In this document: piece by piece, positions 12,515 to 24,031 of the stretch
Numbering within the stretch: position 1 is the stretch's first letter
Layout: each line of letters opens with the position of its first letter
The notes under the pieces: generated by a model
Database searches by the model: none
Told to the model about the DNA's origin: nothing
The model's input: the letters and a program-made list of their open reading frames with translations, nothing else
Program-made: the position numbers and the translations under genes
Source of the DNA: Strigamia acuminata
Taxonomy: Eukaryota
NCBI GenBank assembly: GCA_949358305.1
Contig: OX442314.1
Location: forward strand, 28,768,001-28,832,000
Reading direction: 5' to 3'
Length of the DNA: 64,000 nt

Positions 12515-13997
12515 ATGGCTCAAAAACCATTGAATATGATCGATCCAAAAGGAAATAATAAGCAGACAAACTTAAAATTTAAGTTCTGTACCACTTGGCG
12601 ATCAAACAGAAAAGATTCCCGATCATTTTACTCTGTATTGTAATCGTCATGGACTGGATAAAACCAAGTTTAAAAATATAATCGAAGCTTCAGACTATGT
12701 AAAAGCTAGGAACTGGCGAGATCGTACCCAATCTCAATCTTCACATCAAGATCCAGTACGGAATCCACAAACATACAGCCGAAACTTAGTGAATCAAGAT
12801 TCTCATACTATGTTTCAAACATCCAGTAGGGGATCTAAGTTAGAAAAGTTTAAACCACCTAATTCGGTAGATAAGGGGGAAGAGAATTATAAACCTAATA
12901 ATTCTCGTCCAGAGAGTTCGTTAACTAACCAGTCGGTTGTTCAGAACAAATTAAAACTCGTTTACAATCGAGATCAGCTAATTTCAGTTCGATATGCTAA
13001 TCCAGCTGAAGCACAACGATATGTGGCTAGCCTTAATCTGTCGATTAACCTACCGCTATCAAAAGAATTGGGAACCGTAAACAAAAGTTTTGGGCCACCA
13101 ATATCAATGCAAAGGAAAGATATTCGGACTCCAAACAAACATTTGCAGTCAAATAACGTACAACAACGTGCCCGATCGCCGATCACAAACTCATGTTTGC
13201 GGACGTATGATTTGTCTACCAAGAAGAGTCCCCAGCCAAGACAATTCTACCTAACGCCCATTTCAAATCGAAAAAAGGTCAAGCAAACTTTTCCCTTGAA
13301 AAAGTATTACCAACACGATAATGAGAATGATTTTAAACCTAAAAAAGAAAGTTTTTTGACTAACCCACGGGAGATCCGGTATCAATTCGAACAGTATTGT
13401 AAACAATACCAGTTAAATTCAGCTGAATTTAAAAATATAAACGAAGCGCAACAATTCGTATTTCGAAATCAATACCGTAACCAACGACTAAAACCCGTCC
13501 CAGTCGTCAATCTGACGGAGATACAACAATTTGCGTCTGGAAAGCAACCCTGCAATATCCAGAATAATTCATCTCAACGAGAGGAATTAAGAACTTCAAA
13601 AAAGCGTTTTCGGTCACCAAGTCCAGCTGGTGATGAAGAAACTTCAAGTACAAACCAACATGTTCAAAAACTGACTGAAAACCCAGGTTTCCAATCATCA
13701 GTTCCACGACTTAGAGTCAAATATAGATCCCCTCGTTTGTTGCGGGATTTCACAATTCCAAATATGGGTCCTTTCCACGTATGGTTTTCCAATGAGGGTC
13801 CCATTCATGTATGGTTTTCCAGAGATGACCTAAAACAAAAAGTTGGGTCGTCACGGTCATTTACACTGCCAAGTCAGTACACTGTATGTAACTGCCCAAA
13901 GGAAAAACGTCGAAAGAAATCAGTACAGCAGGCTGAGAGATCTCGGAAATTCGCAAATATGCGAGCTCAATATTTAGCAAAGAATCATGTTGATTAA
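12515..13997 (+). CDS. Orphan basic, Gln/Asn/Ser-rich ORF carried by element C (probable frameshift near 12596)
   Basis: The 402-aa ORF 12789-13997 is open upstream to ~12576. The ATG at 12515 is in a different frame and joins it with one frameshift. No recognisable gag/pol domain. Confidence 0.55.
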
Positions 13998-14592
13998 CAT
14001 GATATGATACACAAAGATTCCCCGATTATAGTGTAAACAGAAAATCCTCTTCTAAAAATCATGACCTCTCTTCTAAAGAAAAGGGGGACAAAATATAAAG
14101 TTAAAATTAACAATTCTCGAAAAGTAATATTACAGTATTAAAAGACAACTAGTTTAAATTAAAATTAGTCAATTGTACAAAGAATACCAAGTGACTCCGG
14201 TCATGACAATTAAGGGGGACATTTTGATTCTTAAATTGTCAACTCTTATCATCTAAAAGCTATTTATTGTATATTTATAGCGATACATCTGACTAGGCAT
14301 ATGAAATAAATATTTTGTGATAACACAAATGATGATTTTATGTATGACGAAAGTTTCTTCAAAAAGAAGACTTGGAAATAAATTCTGGACTTGAATTTAG
14401 GCTATTAGAAAAGATTATTTCGGCAGAAATCCAGAACTTAGATAATTCAAGTTAGTTTATGTAAACTCAAATTCGAAATTGGAAGTCACGGTATCTCCAA
14501 GATACATCAAGTCCGAAAATAGCATTTATGCTAATTAGGAGAATAACGAAAACTCTATAAAATATTATATAGTTGTGTTATTAAGGGGGATG

Positions 14593-16504
14593 TATGACGG
14601 TTTACAATGGCTATAAATGCCTATTTTCTATCAAGAAAGCGCTGTTGCGCCAATATGATGGTATTTTTACAATATTCTGTGTAAAACTGATAAATGTCTA
14701 GAATAAAGTCATTTATGATGTTTCAAATACAAAGATGTTCGTTTATTAAGAATAAACACTAATTTCCACATGATACTAAAGTATCACGGCATAATTACGA
14801 AGATTCGTCTGCTAAAACCCGCATTTGTCAATGCTCCATATTGCCACTAGATGGCGCGATCGCAATTAGCGATAAATTCGAATACGAACTTGAAAACCTC
14901 ATGATTAAATATAAACGTATATTTAATCAAGTGAATAAATTGTGTTAAATATTAATATAAATATATATTAAATATCTGACATTGTTAAATACAATGTAAC
15001 TTCCATTTCTGCGGGACAGAATGTTTAGCGATCAATCGGTCAACCGATCAATCTGATTGGTGGAACCCATTTCCGGTCCTGGGTATCCAGTTCCGGTTGT
15101 AACAAGGATTAGCATAATTTGCATAAATGCTCCTCCGTATCCACTTCCGGTGATACGGGATTGGAGGGATTCGTGGAACCCATGTTCCAATTGGATGACT
15201 GGATTAATCCTTAAATCCAGTCAGGTTATATAAACCCAAACAACCGGCCATTCTGCAGCTCTGTTTGATTATTTCTGTTTGGTATTGTTACTTAAGAAGT
15301 ATGATTCGTTGTTCACGTAAAAAACCTTTTGGTTCTTTGTTGATTTATTCGCAAAGAACCGTTGCATGATTCTACAGAATCATGCCACCGCCGGCAATTG
15401 AAGTCGAAGTGCTGGGATTATTATGTTGCATAAATGTTACAGTCTACGGTTGCGACGCCGAAGGAGAACCCGCCGTTGTGCAATTCAGTATCCTCCGGAC
15501 AGGACCAAGTTGTCTTTTTCGGTATGAACGTATTCCGTTACCACGAGTAGCATCGGTATTGTTGAGAATCGGTTCCTTCACCTGATGGTGCCAAAGCAGT
15601 CTGTTTTACAGTAACCACGAGTAGCACCAAGTGTTTGGCAAGCTGATTCTCATGGTATTCGATGCCAAAGCAGTCGGTCTATTATTAGTACCGCGAGAGA
15701 TAAAACTGCTGTGCGGAGCCGCGAGCTATCGACCCCTGTGTACGTGGTACCGTCAACCACTCGATGGACGACCGTGCTGCGACGCCGGGGACGCTTGATA
15801 CCGTTCTGCATGGCAAGGCGTATATTCTAATCGATGGCAATTGTGTGTTGCGACGGGAAGCTTAATCTTCATTTTATTTATAACAGAAAAACTTAAACTC
15901 GACAACCAGTTGGACCAAAATCAAGTCAGAAGACTTAATCTCATATTGAACTCAATATAACCGATAAGTTGACGACAACTTATTCCCGAAATATCTAAAT
16001 AAGAATTCACAACGATATGAATTAAATATAATTCATAAGTGGAATATTGATAAGTAAATGAATACATTTACTTACACCAATATCCTCCCAAAGTTGTGGC
16101 GGTGCAGACAAAGTCAACCGCAATGCTCAGATCATTCGATTTATCGACGTGCGATAGTTTACACAGCGAACCAAGGAAACCAGCGAAGCCGTATCGGACT
16201 CCAGGACACAGCCATCCGGCTTAAGATGACATCTATAATCAGGTCGAGCGATGGGGAAACCGCTCCCATATTCCAGACCCGTAGTGATATTATTCTAGGG
16301 CCAGTTGGCCAATTCTTTGTATAGTTTAATAGCTGATTTAACTTGCCAAATGTCGGCATTAGTCCTATGTATAATTTAGCTCATCCATATTGTTTGCCAA
16401 CAATAAACTGTCTTGTATTTATCTCGTATTGTATTCACTGTTTATTTATTGCGATCTCTTCCCGGTACCATTGTTAAATGGGAGTTGTGGTCGTCACCGT
16501 CACA
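14593..16504 (+). repeat. Element C 3' LTR
   Basis: Direct repeat of 7079-8990, preceded by a PPT and followed by TSD CAGC. Confidence 0.95.
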
Positions 16505-16508
16505 CAGC

Positions 16509-16837
16509 CACATTTATTTAGCGTAGCCAATCTACGCTAGAATAAATATTCGAACGATATTCGTTTAATTCGCACGAGAAAGCGAATTCTCGCGTGTTCA
16601 TAATAACACGTGGAAATACCCTAGACAACAAACATAGACCACGCGTAGGACTAAACAATTGGATCCGCCATTGTTTAGCGGCAACTCGTATTCGCAGCCG
16701 AATCCGAGGACCAACACAGGAAACATCTTGACTTATATTTGTATTAGTAAGCGTGTTTTAATAAAGCAGTATTTGAAATATATTGTATTCCCGAGTGTAT
16801 TATTTATTATCTTTAACCACAAAGTCGAATCACGACA
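16509..16837 (+). repeat. Element A 5' LTR, second part
   Basis: Matches 27638-27966; 302+329 = 631 bp, equal to the 3' LTR. Confidence 0.95.
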
Positions 16838-16839
16838 CG

Positions 16840-16857
16840 TGGGGGCCTGTCCGGGAT
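16840..16857 (+). promoter_or_regulatory. Primer-binding site, tRNA-Pro-like (element A)
   Basis: TGGGGGCCTGTCCGGGAT versus the tRNA-Pro complement TGGGGGCTCGTCCGGGAT (2 mismatches). Confidence 0.8.
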
Positions 16858-16929
16858 AGATTTGCTAACCTTAAGACAATACTTTAAATAATAACCGGGA
16901 TCTTTCGATCGATCATTATATCGTAAGAA

Positions 16930-19774
16930 ATGACAAAAACTACCGCAGAAGATAGAAAAAGGCGTAACGACGAAAAGGATAGAAAAGAAGCCGAAGAAAT
17001 CGAACGCCAAAAAGCGGAAGAAGCGAACCACGTGGAACCAGAAGTCGAGACTAACTCGACTAAAGTTTCAACGGAATCATCAAGTGAAAGCCTTCCCCTT
17101 GCAAGACAACTTCCGTTTACGGGAGGCGAATTCGAAGGATCAGGAAGCTCTCACGAAGAAAACGGACTAAATAAATCGTTCGAAAACCCTCGATTCGGAT
17201 TGAAAAGCCCAAGACCAGTCGAAAAGGATCCCAGTGAAATGGATCTAATGACTCTTCTAAATAAAGCGGCAAACACAAGTGCCGCAATTATCAACGAGGC
17301 TGCCCGCGCAGACCAAGCAAGAACAGTCGCGTTAGAGAAGAAGAAAAACGAATTGATGGAAGATTTAGCCAGAGAGCATCGCGAGAAATTAGCTGCCATG
17401 GAACAGAGCTTGGCACAAGAACACCAAGCTAAACAAATGGCACTGGAGCGCGAGCTGGCTCGAGAATTGCTCGCGAAGCAGAAAATAATCGAACGAGAAA
17501 TGGCAAAGGACTGCCAGATCCGGCCGCCAAGCAACGGGTTAAGCCAGCATTCGGAGCCAAACTCCGTACAGAGCTCCCCAGAACGGTCTCACACAGCTAA
17601 GGAGCTGGTAGCCAAAGCAATAGAAGTAACTCGGGTAGCTTGCGCACACGGCATCGAGATCGACCAGGACAAGGATCCCTACGCAGAGCTAAGCCGAGTA
17701 ATCGACCTAGTAAATCAGAGGACTGAAAAACGATCGGCAGATAACACGGCCAGACGCGGAGAGAAACGACGTCGGGTCGGAGCAGATCGACAACAGTCCG
17801 AGACAGGCGGCGAAGCAACGTCAGACAGCGAAAGTATCGACTCTCAAGCATCTCACGGCAGTATCCGAGTCAACGGACTAGATAGCATCTTGAACGAATC
17901 GGACGAAGTCAAAGGAGAACTGTACGAGGCGTTTATACAGGATAGGAGGAATAATCAGGGCGCACAATCATGGGCAGTAAAAAACTCATTCGCAATGAAA
18001 ACTGGCCAAACCAGTAATAACAACCCAGGCGACCCTAACGCAGAACTAATCAGATGTATAAATCAGAAGAATCAAATACGCAACGAAGTAGGTCAAAATA
18101 AACTGGCCATGCCGACGCTCGAGGAGATTAACGCAGTTAAAAATCACCTCGAAAAGAAACACGCCGCCGAAGCGTATGCTGGGAGAGATTCCTACGTTTT
18201 TATCAAAAAAACGAACGAAGGCCTCACGGGGACCCGACTGGACGATCTGATACCGCCCGGAACAAAGTTGAGCCAAACCTCCGCTCCAGAGAAAGCGAAC
18301 CCAGATAACTCAACCATAGCGCAAGACCTCACGAATAACCCGAACACCGCGGGATCATCAGGGAAAACGTCGTTCCAACACAATCAGTTCGGACTGACGG
18401 GCAACGGTACGCATTACCCAAGCCTCCCTTCCGACAATCCACGATCATCACCGCTGCTTAGTGAGACTGACTCGCTAAGCAACCAACTACGGACGATGAA
18501 AGACGAACTCCTTCAGGCCATGGACCAAAAACTTCAACAAAGCCGTGGCCAAGAGACCGAGGAGGACGATCGAAGCGAAGGATTGTTGAAACGTTACTCC
18601 GCAGACCGATGGCTGTATTCTCGCAAGGATAACAACATCAAGTGGACGACCCTGAGACTAATTAAGTTCGACGGATCCTGGAACGCCGGCAACTTGTTTT
18701 TGGACGAAGTCGCCCTGACGATTAATCGCTTAGGAGCGGAACCCGACGAAATGGTTGCACGCGGAATACCAGAAATGCTGATCAACCGGGCCCGAAACTG
18801 GTACGCTGATGTCCAACCCCGAAACTGGGAAGATTTCGTCATAAAGTTCCACAATCAATATGGCGAGACGAGCCAAGAAATCCAGAAAAGAGTAAGCTCT
18901 ATGAAGCAAGCTCCCGGGGAAACTCTGAGGGAATACGTACAACGAGCCGACAGCCTGTTCCGTGAAATGGACAAACCATTTGACCAACACGCTCAGAAAG
19001 CTCTCTTCGAACAAGGACTAAACGAAACCGCAACCAAAGTCCTACGAGAAATGAACGCTCCTAAAGGGGATAATTTCAAAGCCATCCTAGCTTTCGTCGA
19101 GAAGAAACACACCGAAGTAAATGCTCGGTATAACGAAAATCTGACAAAAGAAGAGCGAGCTCTAGGAGTGGCCCGACAGCAACGAATACAGGAGCGCAGC
19201 ATAGACTCCACTAAGCTGCTCCAATCGCGAAATTATCTAAACGGAAGTATAGAGCCACTCCCCTCAAAGAAAAACCAACAAGCTTCTAACCCTTTACCAC
19301 CTCCGAATAAGGCCTATCGCACGCAAACTAACGCCGCCGAGGAAAAGTCGGAAGACGAAGTAAGCGAAGACTGAGCAATTCTCGGAAAGCGATGAGGCTG
19401 ACGAAGGTATCAACGATGTGGTACACGCAAACATGGGGAAGGAACTGGCGCCCAGCTACCGACCTCAGATGAAGTCCAGAAAATCGGAACACCACAACCC
19501 GAAAACAGAGGCGACTTCCGAGAAGAAGGACTACCCCAAAAAACCTTTTGAGCGGGAGGGAAAGAAGAAAAGCCCTTGTAATTTCTGTAACGAAGACGGC
19601 CACTGGCGTCAGGCCTGCCCAAAACTGGCAAAGAAAAAAGCCGACGACAAGGCCGCAGAGCGTGAGGAGCTAGTGAAATTGCTCGCGAAGGAACAAGAAA
19701 AAATCTTGAAGGAACTCACCGCCAAATTCGACAGTATGACAAAAAACTGGAACTCGCGGGCGGAACAAAAGTGA
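16930..19774 (+). CDS. gag: Gag of element A (split by a +1 frame break at ~19364-19374)
   Basis: 814-aa ORF with a capsid-like region (LINRARNWY...WEDFVIKF...KQAPGETLREYVQR), plus a downstream frame with the CCHC knuckle CNFCNEDGHWRQAC. Colinear with B gag. Confidence 0.9.
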
Positions 19775-19792
19775 TTCCACATCCGCTCGCGA
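19741..19792 (+). promoter_or_regulatory. -1 ribosomal frameshift signal (element A)
   Basis: A AAA AAC in the gag frame at 19741-19747, 6-nt spacer, stem TCGCGGGCGGA / TCCGCTCGCGA. pol is in the -1 frame. Confidence 0.8.
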
Positions 19793-22700
19793 TAACTTCG
19801 AAAACGATGGACCTTACACTGGTGGAAAAACAAATTAAAGAAATGAAAAAATTGTTGGAATTCTTCGAGGAAGCTGCCAACGAGGAAGTCACAACTCCAA
19901 CCAAAAAACGGAAATTCGAAATTAGAGACGAAGACGGTATAGCCAACGCTTTCATGACTTTGCCGCTTGACCAAGGGGCCAATCCTCTTAAAAAGCGAAT
20001 ACTTCGTTGCAACCTATCAACAGAAGCGAAGAGCGTACTGGCTAAAATACCAGTCTCTTTCGGCAAAAAGGTGTTAATGGGACTACTCGACTCGGGAGCG
20101 GATCAGTCGTTTATCTCCACCGACTTATTCGAATCACTCGAAGAAAAAATACAGAAAAAATTACGGGGAATGAACGAGAATATTCGAGTTCTTACAGCAG
20201 CGGGAGAAGTTAGAGCAGTGGGGACGTTATCAACCGATTTTGTATGGGAAGGAGGCACGATTAAGCATTTCTTCATCGTGTTACCAACCCGAGACACAAT
20301 CCTGCTGATAGGAATGGATTTGATGGAACGGATGAACATCCAGCCCAACCCAGTCACACGTTCGTGGAATTACATCGACAACCACGAGGACCCACGACTA
20401 CCCATAATACCTCCGGAACTCCTAGACAAAGCTAAGGACGACGAGGAATGGGGAGGAGGCGAAATTAAGAAGTTCATCCAAGACTATAATTTTAAGTCGT
20501 TTAATACTATCCTCCAAGAGGAGAATTTAATACATAATCTGGCCATGGACGCCAATCTTGGAGAAGAACAAACGAAACTCCTCGAGGAAATGCTCAAGAA
20601 GCACTCGAAGAACTTAAATAAAGATCCAGGAAAGACTAGTTACGTAATGCACGAGATCGAATTGGTTACGGGAAAACCGGTGCGAGTACCTTTTAAAACT
20701 ATGAATCCCCAAAAGAGACATATCGTAAGAACGATGTGCAACGAGTTGCTCGAAAAAGGGATCGTGTCGCACGCCATCGGAGAATATGGAATGAGGATTG
20801 TCCTCGTCATGCGACCAGGCTCCGAACCGCGCCTCTGCATCGATTATAGACCTTTAAACGCCATAACCGTCATCGACCCCATCCAAATGCCGTCAATAGA
20901 AGCGATTCTACGGGAGCTCGCCCCATTTAACTGGGTCACGACCATGGACTTGTCCAAGGGTTACTGGCAGGTTGAATTGCGGGAAGAGGATAAAGAGAAA
21001 ACAGCTTTTTGGGCACCACAGGGTCGACTGATGTTTAATGTAATGCCCTTCGGGTTAGTAAACGCACCCGCCACCTTTCAAAAACTAATAGAAAAAGTTC
21101 TCGGCGATGCCTTACACAAATACGCATGGGCTTACCTCGATGATATAGTCATAGTCTCCCAAACTTTTGAAGATCACCTGATACACGTGAATGACGTCAT
21201 GGAGCGACTCACAAAAGCCGGTCTAAACATTCATCCAGGGAAAAGTAAATTTTGCCGCAAAGAATTGGCATTCCTGGGTTACACAGTCGGAACAGGTGGC
21301 CTATCCATCGACCCGAAAAAGACCCAGGCGATTAGCCAGTTCCCCGCCCCGGAAGATGTAAAAGGAGTCCAACGTTTCATGGGCATGGTGAATTTCTTCA
21401 ATCGATTGCTCCCAAATTTGGCAGACGTCGCGGCGCCCATCACAGATCTGTTACGCAACGATAAAGATTTCGAGTGGACTGACCACTGCGAAACATCGTT
21501 TAACAAAATAAAACAAATGCTGATCGATGTAAAACGAATTCCCCTACCAGATCTTAATCGAGAATTCACTCTTCACACCGACGCCAGTCGAATTGGCCTA
21601 GGTGCTGCGTTGCTTCAAAAGCATGACATCGACGGAGTAGTGTTAGAGGTCCCGACGATGTTCATCAGCCGGAAATTACAAGCAGCCGAAAAGAATTATA
21701 ATGCGACAGAGTTAGAATGTCTAGCCGTCGTCTGGGCAATCCGAAAATTCAGACCATACCTGGAATTTACCAAGTTCAACGTACAAACTGACCACGAAGC
21801 ACTAAAGTGGTTAATGGCGTTGAAGGAACCGTCCGGAAGAATGGCTCGCTGGCAGCTAGAATTAATGGCTTGTGACTTAATCATTGAATACCGACCCGGA
21901 AAATTCAACGTCGTAGCAGACGCCCTCTCACGAGCCCCAGCTTCAGACCCCGAAGACGAGACCGACTGCGGAGAGGACGACTCACGCCTCTTCTACTGTC
22001 CGAACCCCGTCCGAAAATGGGAATTTAAAAAGCTAAACGAATTACCCAAGGAGAAACTCGAGTCAGGAGACCAGAATTATTACAGTTATTGGCTCCGAGC
22101 GTACCAGTCGGTCAAGGACGCTCACCCAAATTATGAGCTAACAATAGAACCTCGAATCTCCGACAAGTACGTTCGAGCATTCGTCGCCCACGTAAGCAAG
22201 GGGACGAATAGCAAACCGCCCACCAGGGACGAATTAATAGCCGCCCAGATGGCAGACGACTTCTGTAAAACTTATCGAGACTTCATCACAGATAAAATAT
22301 TTCCCGACGAGAATTTCGACGAAATCCAACGTGAAGAATTCGAAAGAGAAGCCTCCACGTACTTAATCGAGGATGGACTTCTACTAAAACACCACCCGAA
22401 TTTCCGCGATGATCTGACGGAGACAGGAACTTCGATGAAAGTCGTTATACCCAGGAGTCTGCTGACAAGGTTTCTGTGGATGGTCCACGGACACCCGCTC
22501 GCCGGACATTCTGGAGTGGCCAGAACGATCTACCGAGCAAATCAACTTTATTTCTGGCCAAAAATGACCCGAGATATTGTTCGTTTTATTCATCACTGCC
22601 CCAGATGCCAAGCGTGCAAGCCGAGGACGCCCAAGAACTACGAGAGAATCTCACTTGGCCCTTTCGCACCCTTCGATTGCTGGAGCGTGGATTTAATGGG

Positions 22701-23853
22701 CCCAAAACCCACGTCATCCAATAAAAACAAATATATATTAGTAATCATGGATGTCGCGACTGGATGGCCCGAACTCTTTCCAATGGAGAGACCAACTAAG
22801 CAAAAAATCATTCGATGTTTGTACGAAGTGGCGCTTCATTTTGGATTCCCTCGAAAATTAATCTCCGATAATGGACCACAATTCGCGTCAAATTTGTATA
22901 AAGACTTCTGTAAAAAATTCGACATCGAGACATCATATACATCAACCTATAATCCACGGGCCAATCCCGTCGAAAGGTTAAATCGCGATATAAAATATGC
23001 ACTAGCAATTTTCACCGATGTTCACTCCAGCTGGGACGAATATCTTCGTGAAATTGCCTTCAGCATCCGCACAACGATCTCAAGGAACCGCAAATTTTCT
23101 CCCGCGTTTCTAAACTTCGCTCGGGAACTCAGAGTACCCTGGGACCCACGAATACCGGAGGAAATACTGGAAATTGATCCTGAGAAGCCTCATATTTATG
23201 TCGACAGACTGGAGCAAATAATTTCGGCCACTTATCAGCACATGATGTCACACATATTCGACATGAGAGATCGTATTAGCATTGCTGGAAAGGATCGGCC
23301 CTTCTGCAATTTTAAAGTCAATGACCTCGTCTGGAAAGACACACATATTCAGTCCAGCGCCGATAAGGGGATCCACGCAGGCTTAGCAGACAAACGCGAC
23401 GGCCCGTACGTCATACTCGAAGCCCACGGCGGAAACGCTTTCAAGCTAAAAAGATTGGCAGATAACGTTAATTTTAGATCGATCCACGCCCGAGAATTAA
23501 CTCCATACTTACCTGAGTTTCCTCAAGAGGCTTGGACGGAATATCAGACGAAACCAGCGAAAAATCCAATTATTCGCGACATGTTTTTAGATGAACAAAC
23601 TGGCCCAACCAATTTAGTTCAAGATGAGTTACTCGAAGTGGCCGACGCCCCGGATGAGATTTCGGGGAGGGAGGAAATAGTCGCAGAATCTCCTAAAAAA
23701 GGAAAGCAATCAAACAAAAAGAAGACTACAGGAATCCCCAAACCTGATAAAATATACGGTATGCGCCGACACAAGCCAAACCCGTTCATAAAAGACGGGA
23801 AACTCGTCGGAAAACAAAAAGCGACTCCGGCCATTGTCTCAAACAATCGATAA
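19771..23853 (+). CDS. pol: Pol polyprotein of element A (protease, RT, RNase H, integrase)
   Basis: LLDSGA, LCIDYRPLN, DLSKGYWQ, YLDD, TDAS, ELECLAVVWA, HHCC zinc finger, SDNGPQF, VERLNR, GPY motif; uninterrupted 1360 aa. Confidence 0.97.
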   Translation: MIPHPLAITSKTMDLTLVEKQIKEMKKLLEFFEEAANEEVTTPTKKRKFEIRDEDGIANAFMTLPLDQGANPLKKRILRCNLSTEAKSVLAKIPVSFGKKVLMGLLDSGADQSFISTDLFESLEEKIQKKLRGMNENIRVLTAAGEVRAVGTLSTDFVWEGGTIKHFFIVLPTRDTILLIGMDLMERMNIQPNPVTRSWNYIDNHEDPRLPIIPPELLDKAKDDEEWGGGEIKKFIQDYNFKSFNTILQEENLIHNLAMDANLGEEQTKLLEEMLKKHSKNLNKDPGKTSYVMHEIELVTGKPVRVPFKTMNPQKRHIVRTMCNELLEKGIVSHAIGEYGMRIVLVMRPGSEPRLCIDYRPLNAITVIDPIQMPSIEAILRELAPFNWVTTMDLSKGYWQVELREEDKEKTAFWAPQGRLMFNVMPFGLVNAPATFQKLIEKVLGDALHKYAWAYLDDIVIVSQTFEDHLIHVNDVMERLTKAGLNIHPGKSKFCRKELAFLGYTVGTGGLSIDPKKTQAISQFPAPEDVKGVQRFMGMVNFFNRLLPNLADVAAPITDLLRNDKDFEWTDHCETSFNKIKQMLIDVKRIPLPDLNREFTLHTDASRIGLGAALLQKHDIDGVVLEVPTMFISRKLQAAEKNYNATELECLAVVWAIRKFRPYLEFTKFNVQTDHEALKWLMALKEPSGRMARWQLELMACDLIIEYRPGKFNVVADALSRAPASDPEDETDCGEDDSRLFYCPNPVRKWEFKKLNELPKEKLESGDQNYYSYWLRAYQSVKDAHPNYELTIEPRISDKYVRAFVAHVSKGTNSKPPTRDELIAAQMADDFCKTYRDFITDKIFPDENFDEIQREEFEREASTYLIEDGLLLKHHPNFRDDLTETGTSMKVVIPRSLLTRFLWMVHGHPLAGHSGVARTIYRANQLYFWPKMTRDIVRFIHHCPRCQACKPRTPKNYERISLGPFAPFDCWSVDLMGPKPTSSNKNKYILVIMDVATGWPELFPMERPTKQKIIRCLYEVALHFGFPRKLISDNGPQFASNLYKDFCKKFDIETSYTSTYNPRANPVERLNRDIKYALAIFTDVHSSWDEYLREIAFSIRTTISRNRKFSPAFLNFARELRVPWDPRIPEEILEIDPEKPHIYVDRLEQIISATYQHMMSHIFDMRDRISIAGKDRPFCNFKVNDLVWKDTHIQSSADKGIHAGLADKRDGPYVILEAHGGNAFKLKRLADNVNFRSIHARELTPYLPEFPQEAWTEYQTKPAKNPIIRDMFLDEQTGPTNLVQDELLEVADAPDEISGREEIVAESPKKGKQSNKKKTTGIPKPDKIYGMRRHKPNPFIKDGKLVGKQKATPAIVSNNR

Positions 23854-24031
23854 AAACAACCACAGGGGGGACACCTGTTACGTCCCACAATGCGTCTTAA
23901 TTGGCCAAACCAATCAAAGATGACATGAGACTAATAGTTAACCTCTAACCCGACCCACACTTATCACTGTCATCTCCGACTAAGCAACGATCACCTCGAG
24001 ACAGCCGTGAAATCAAATTAGTTTCCGAAAA

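Larger units (their letters stand above)
7079..16504 (+). mobile_element. Non-autonomous LTR element C (LARD-like) nested in the 5' LTR of A
   Basis: 1912-bp LTRs (7079-8990, 14593-16504) with no difference seen by eye, TSD CAGC (7075-7078 / 16505-16508), tRNA-Gln PBS, PPT TAAGGGGGA at 14582-14590. No gag/pol motifs inside. Confidence 0.95.

Noticed and set aside
7079..16504. Long exact duplications as assembly artefacts
   Set aside because: Each pair has a PBS, PPT and TSD, and the empty site is visible in the partner LTR or paralog.
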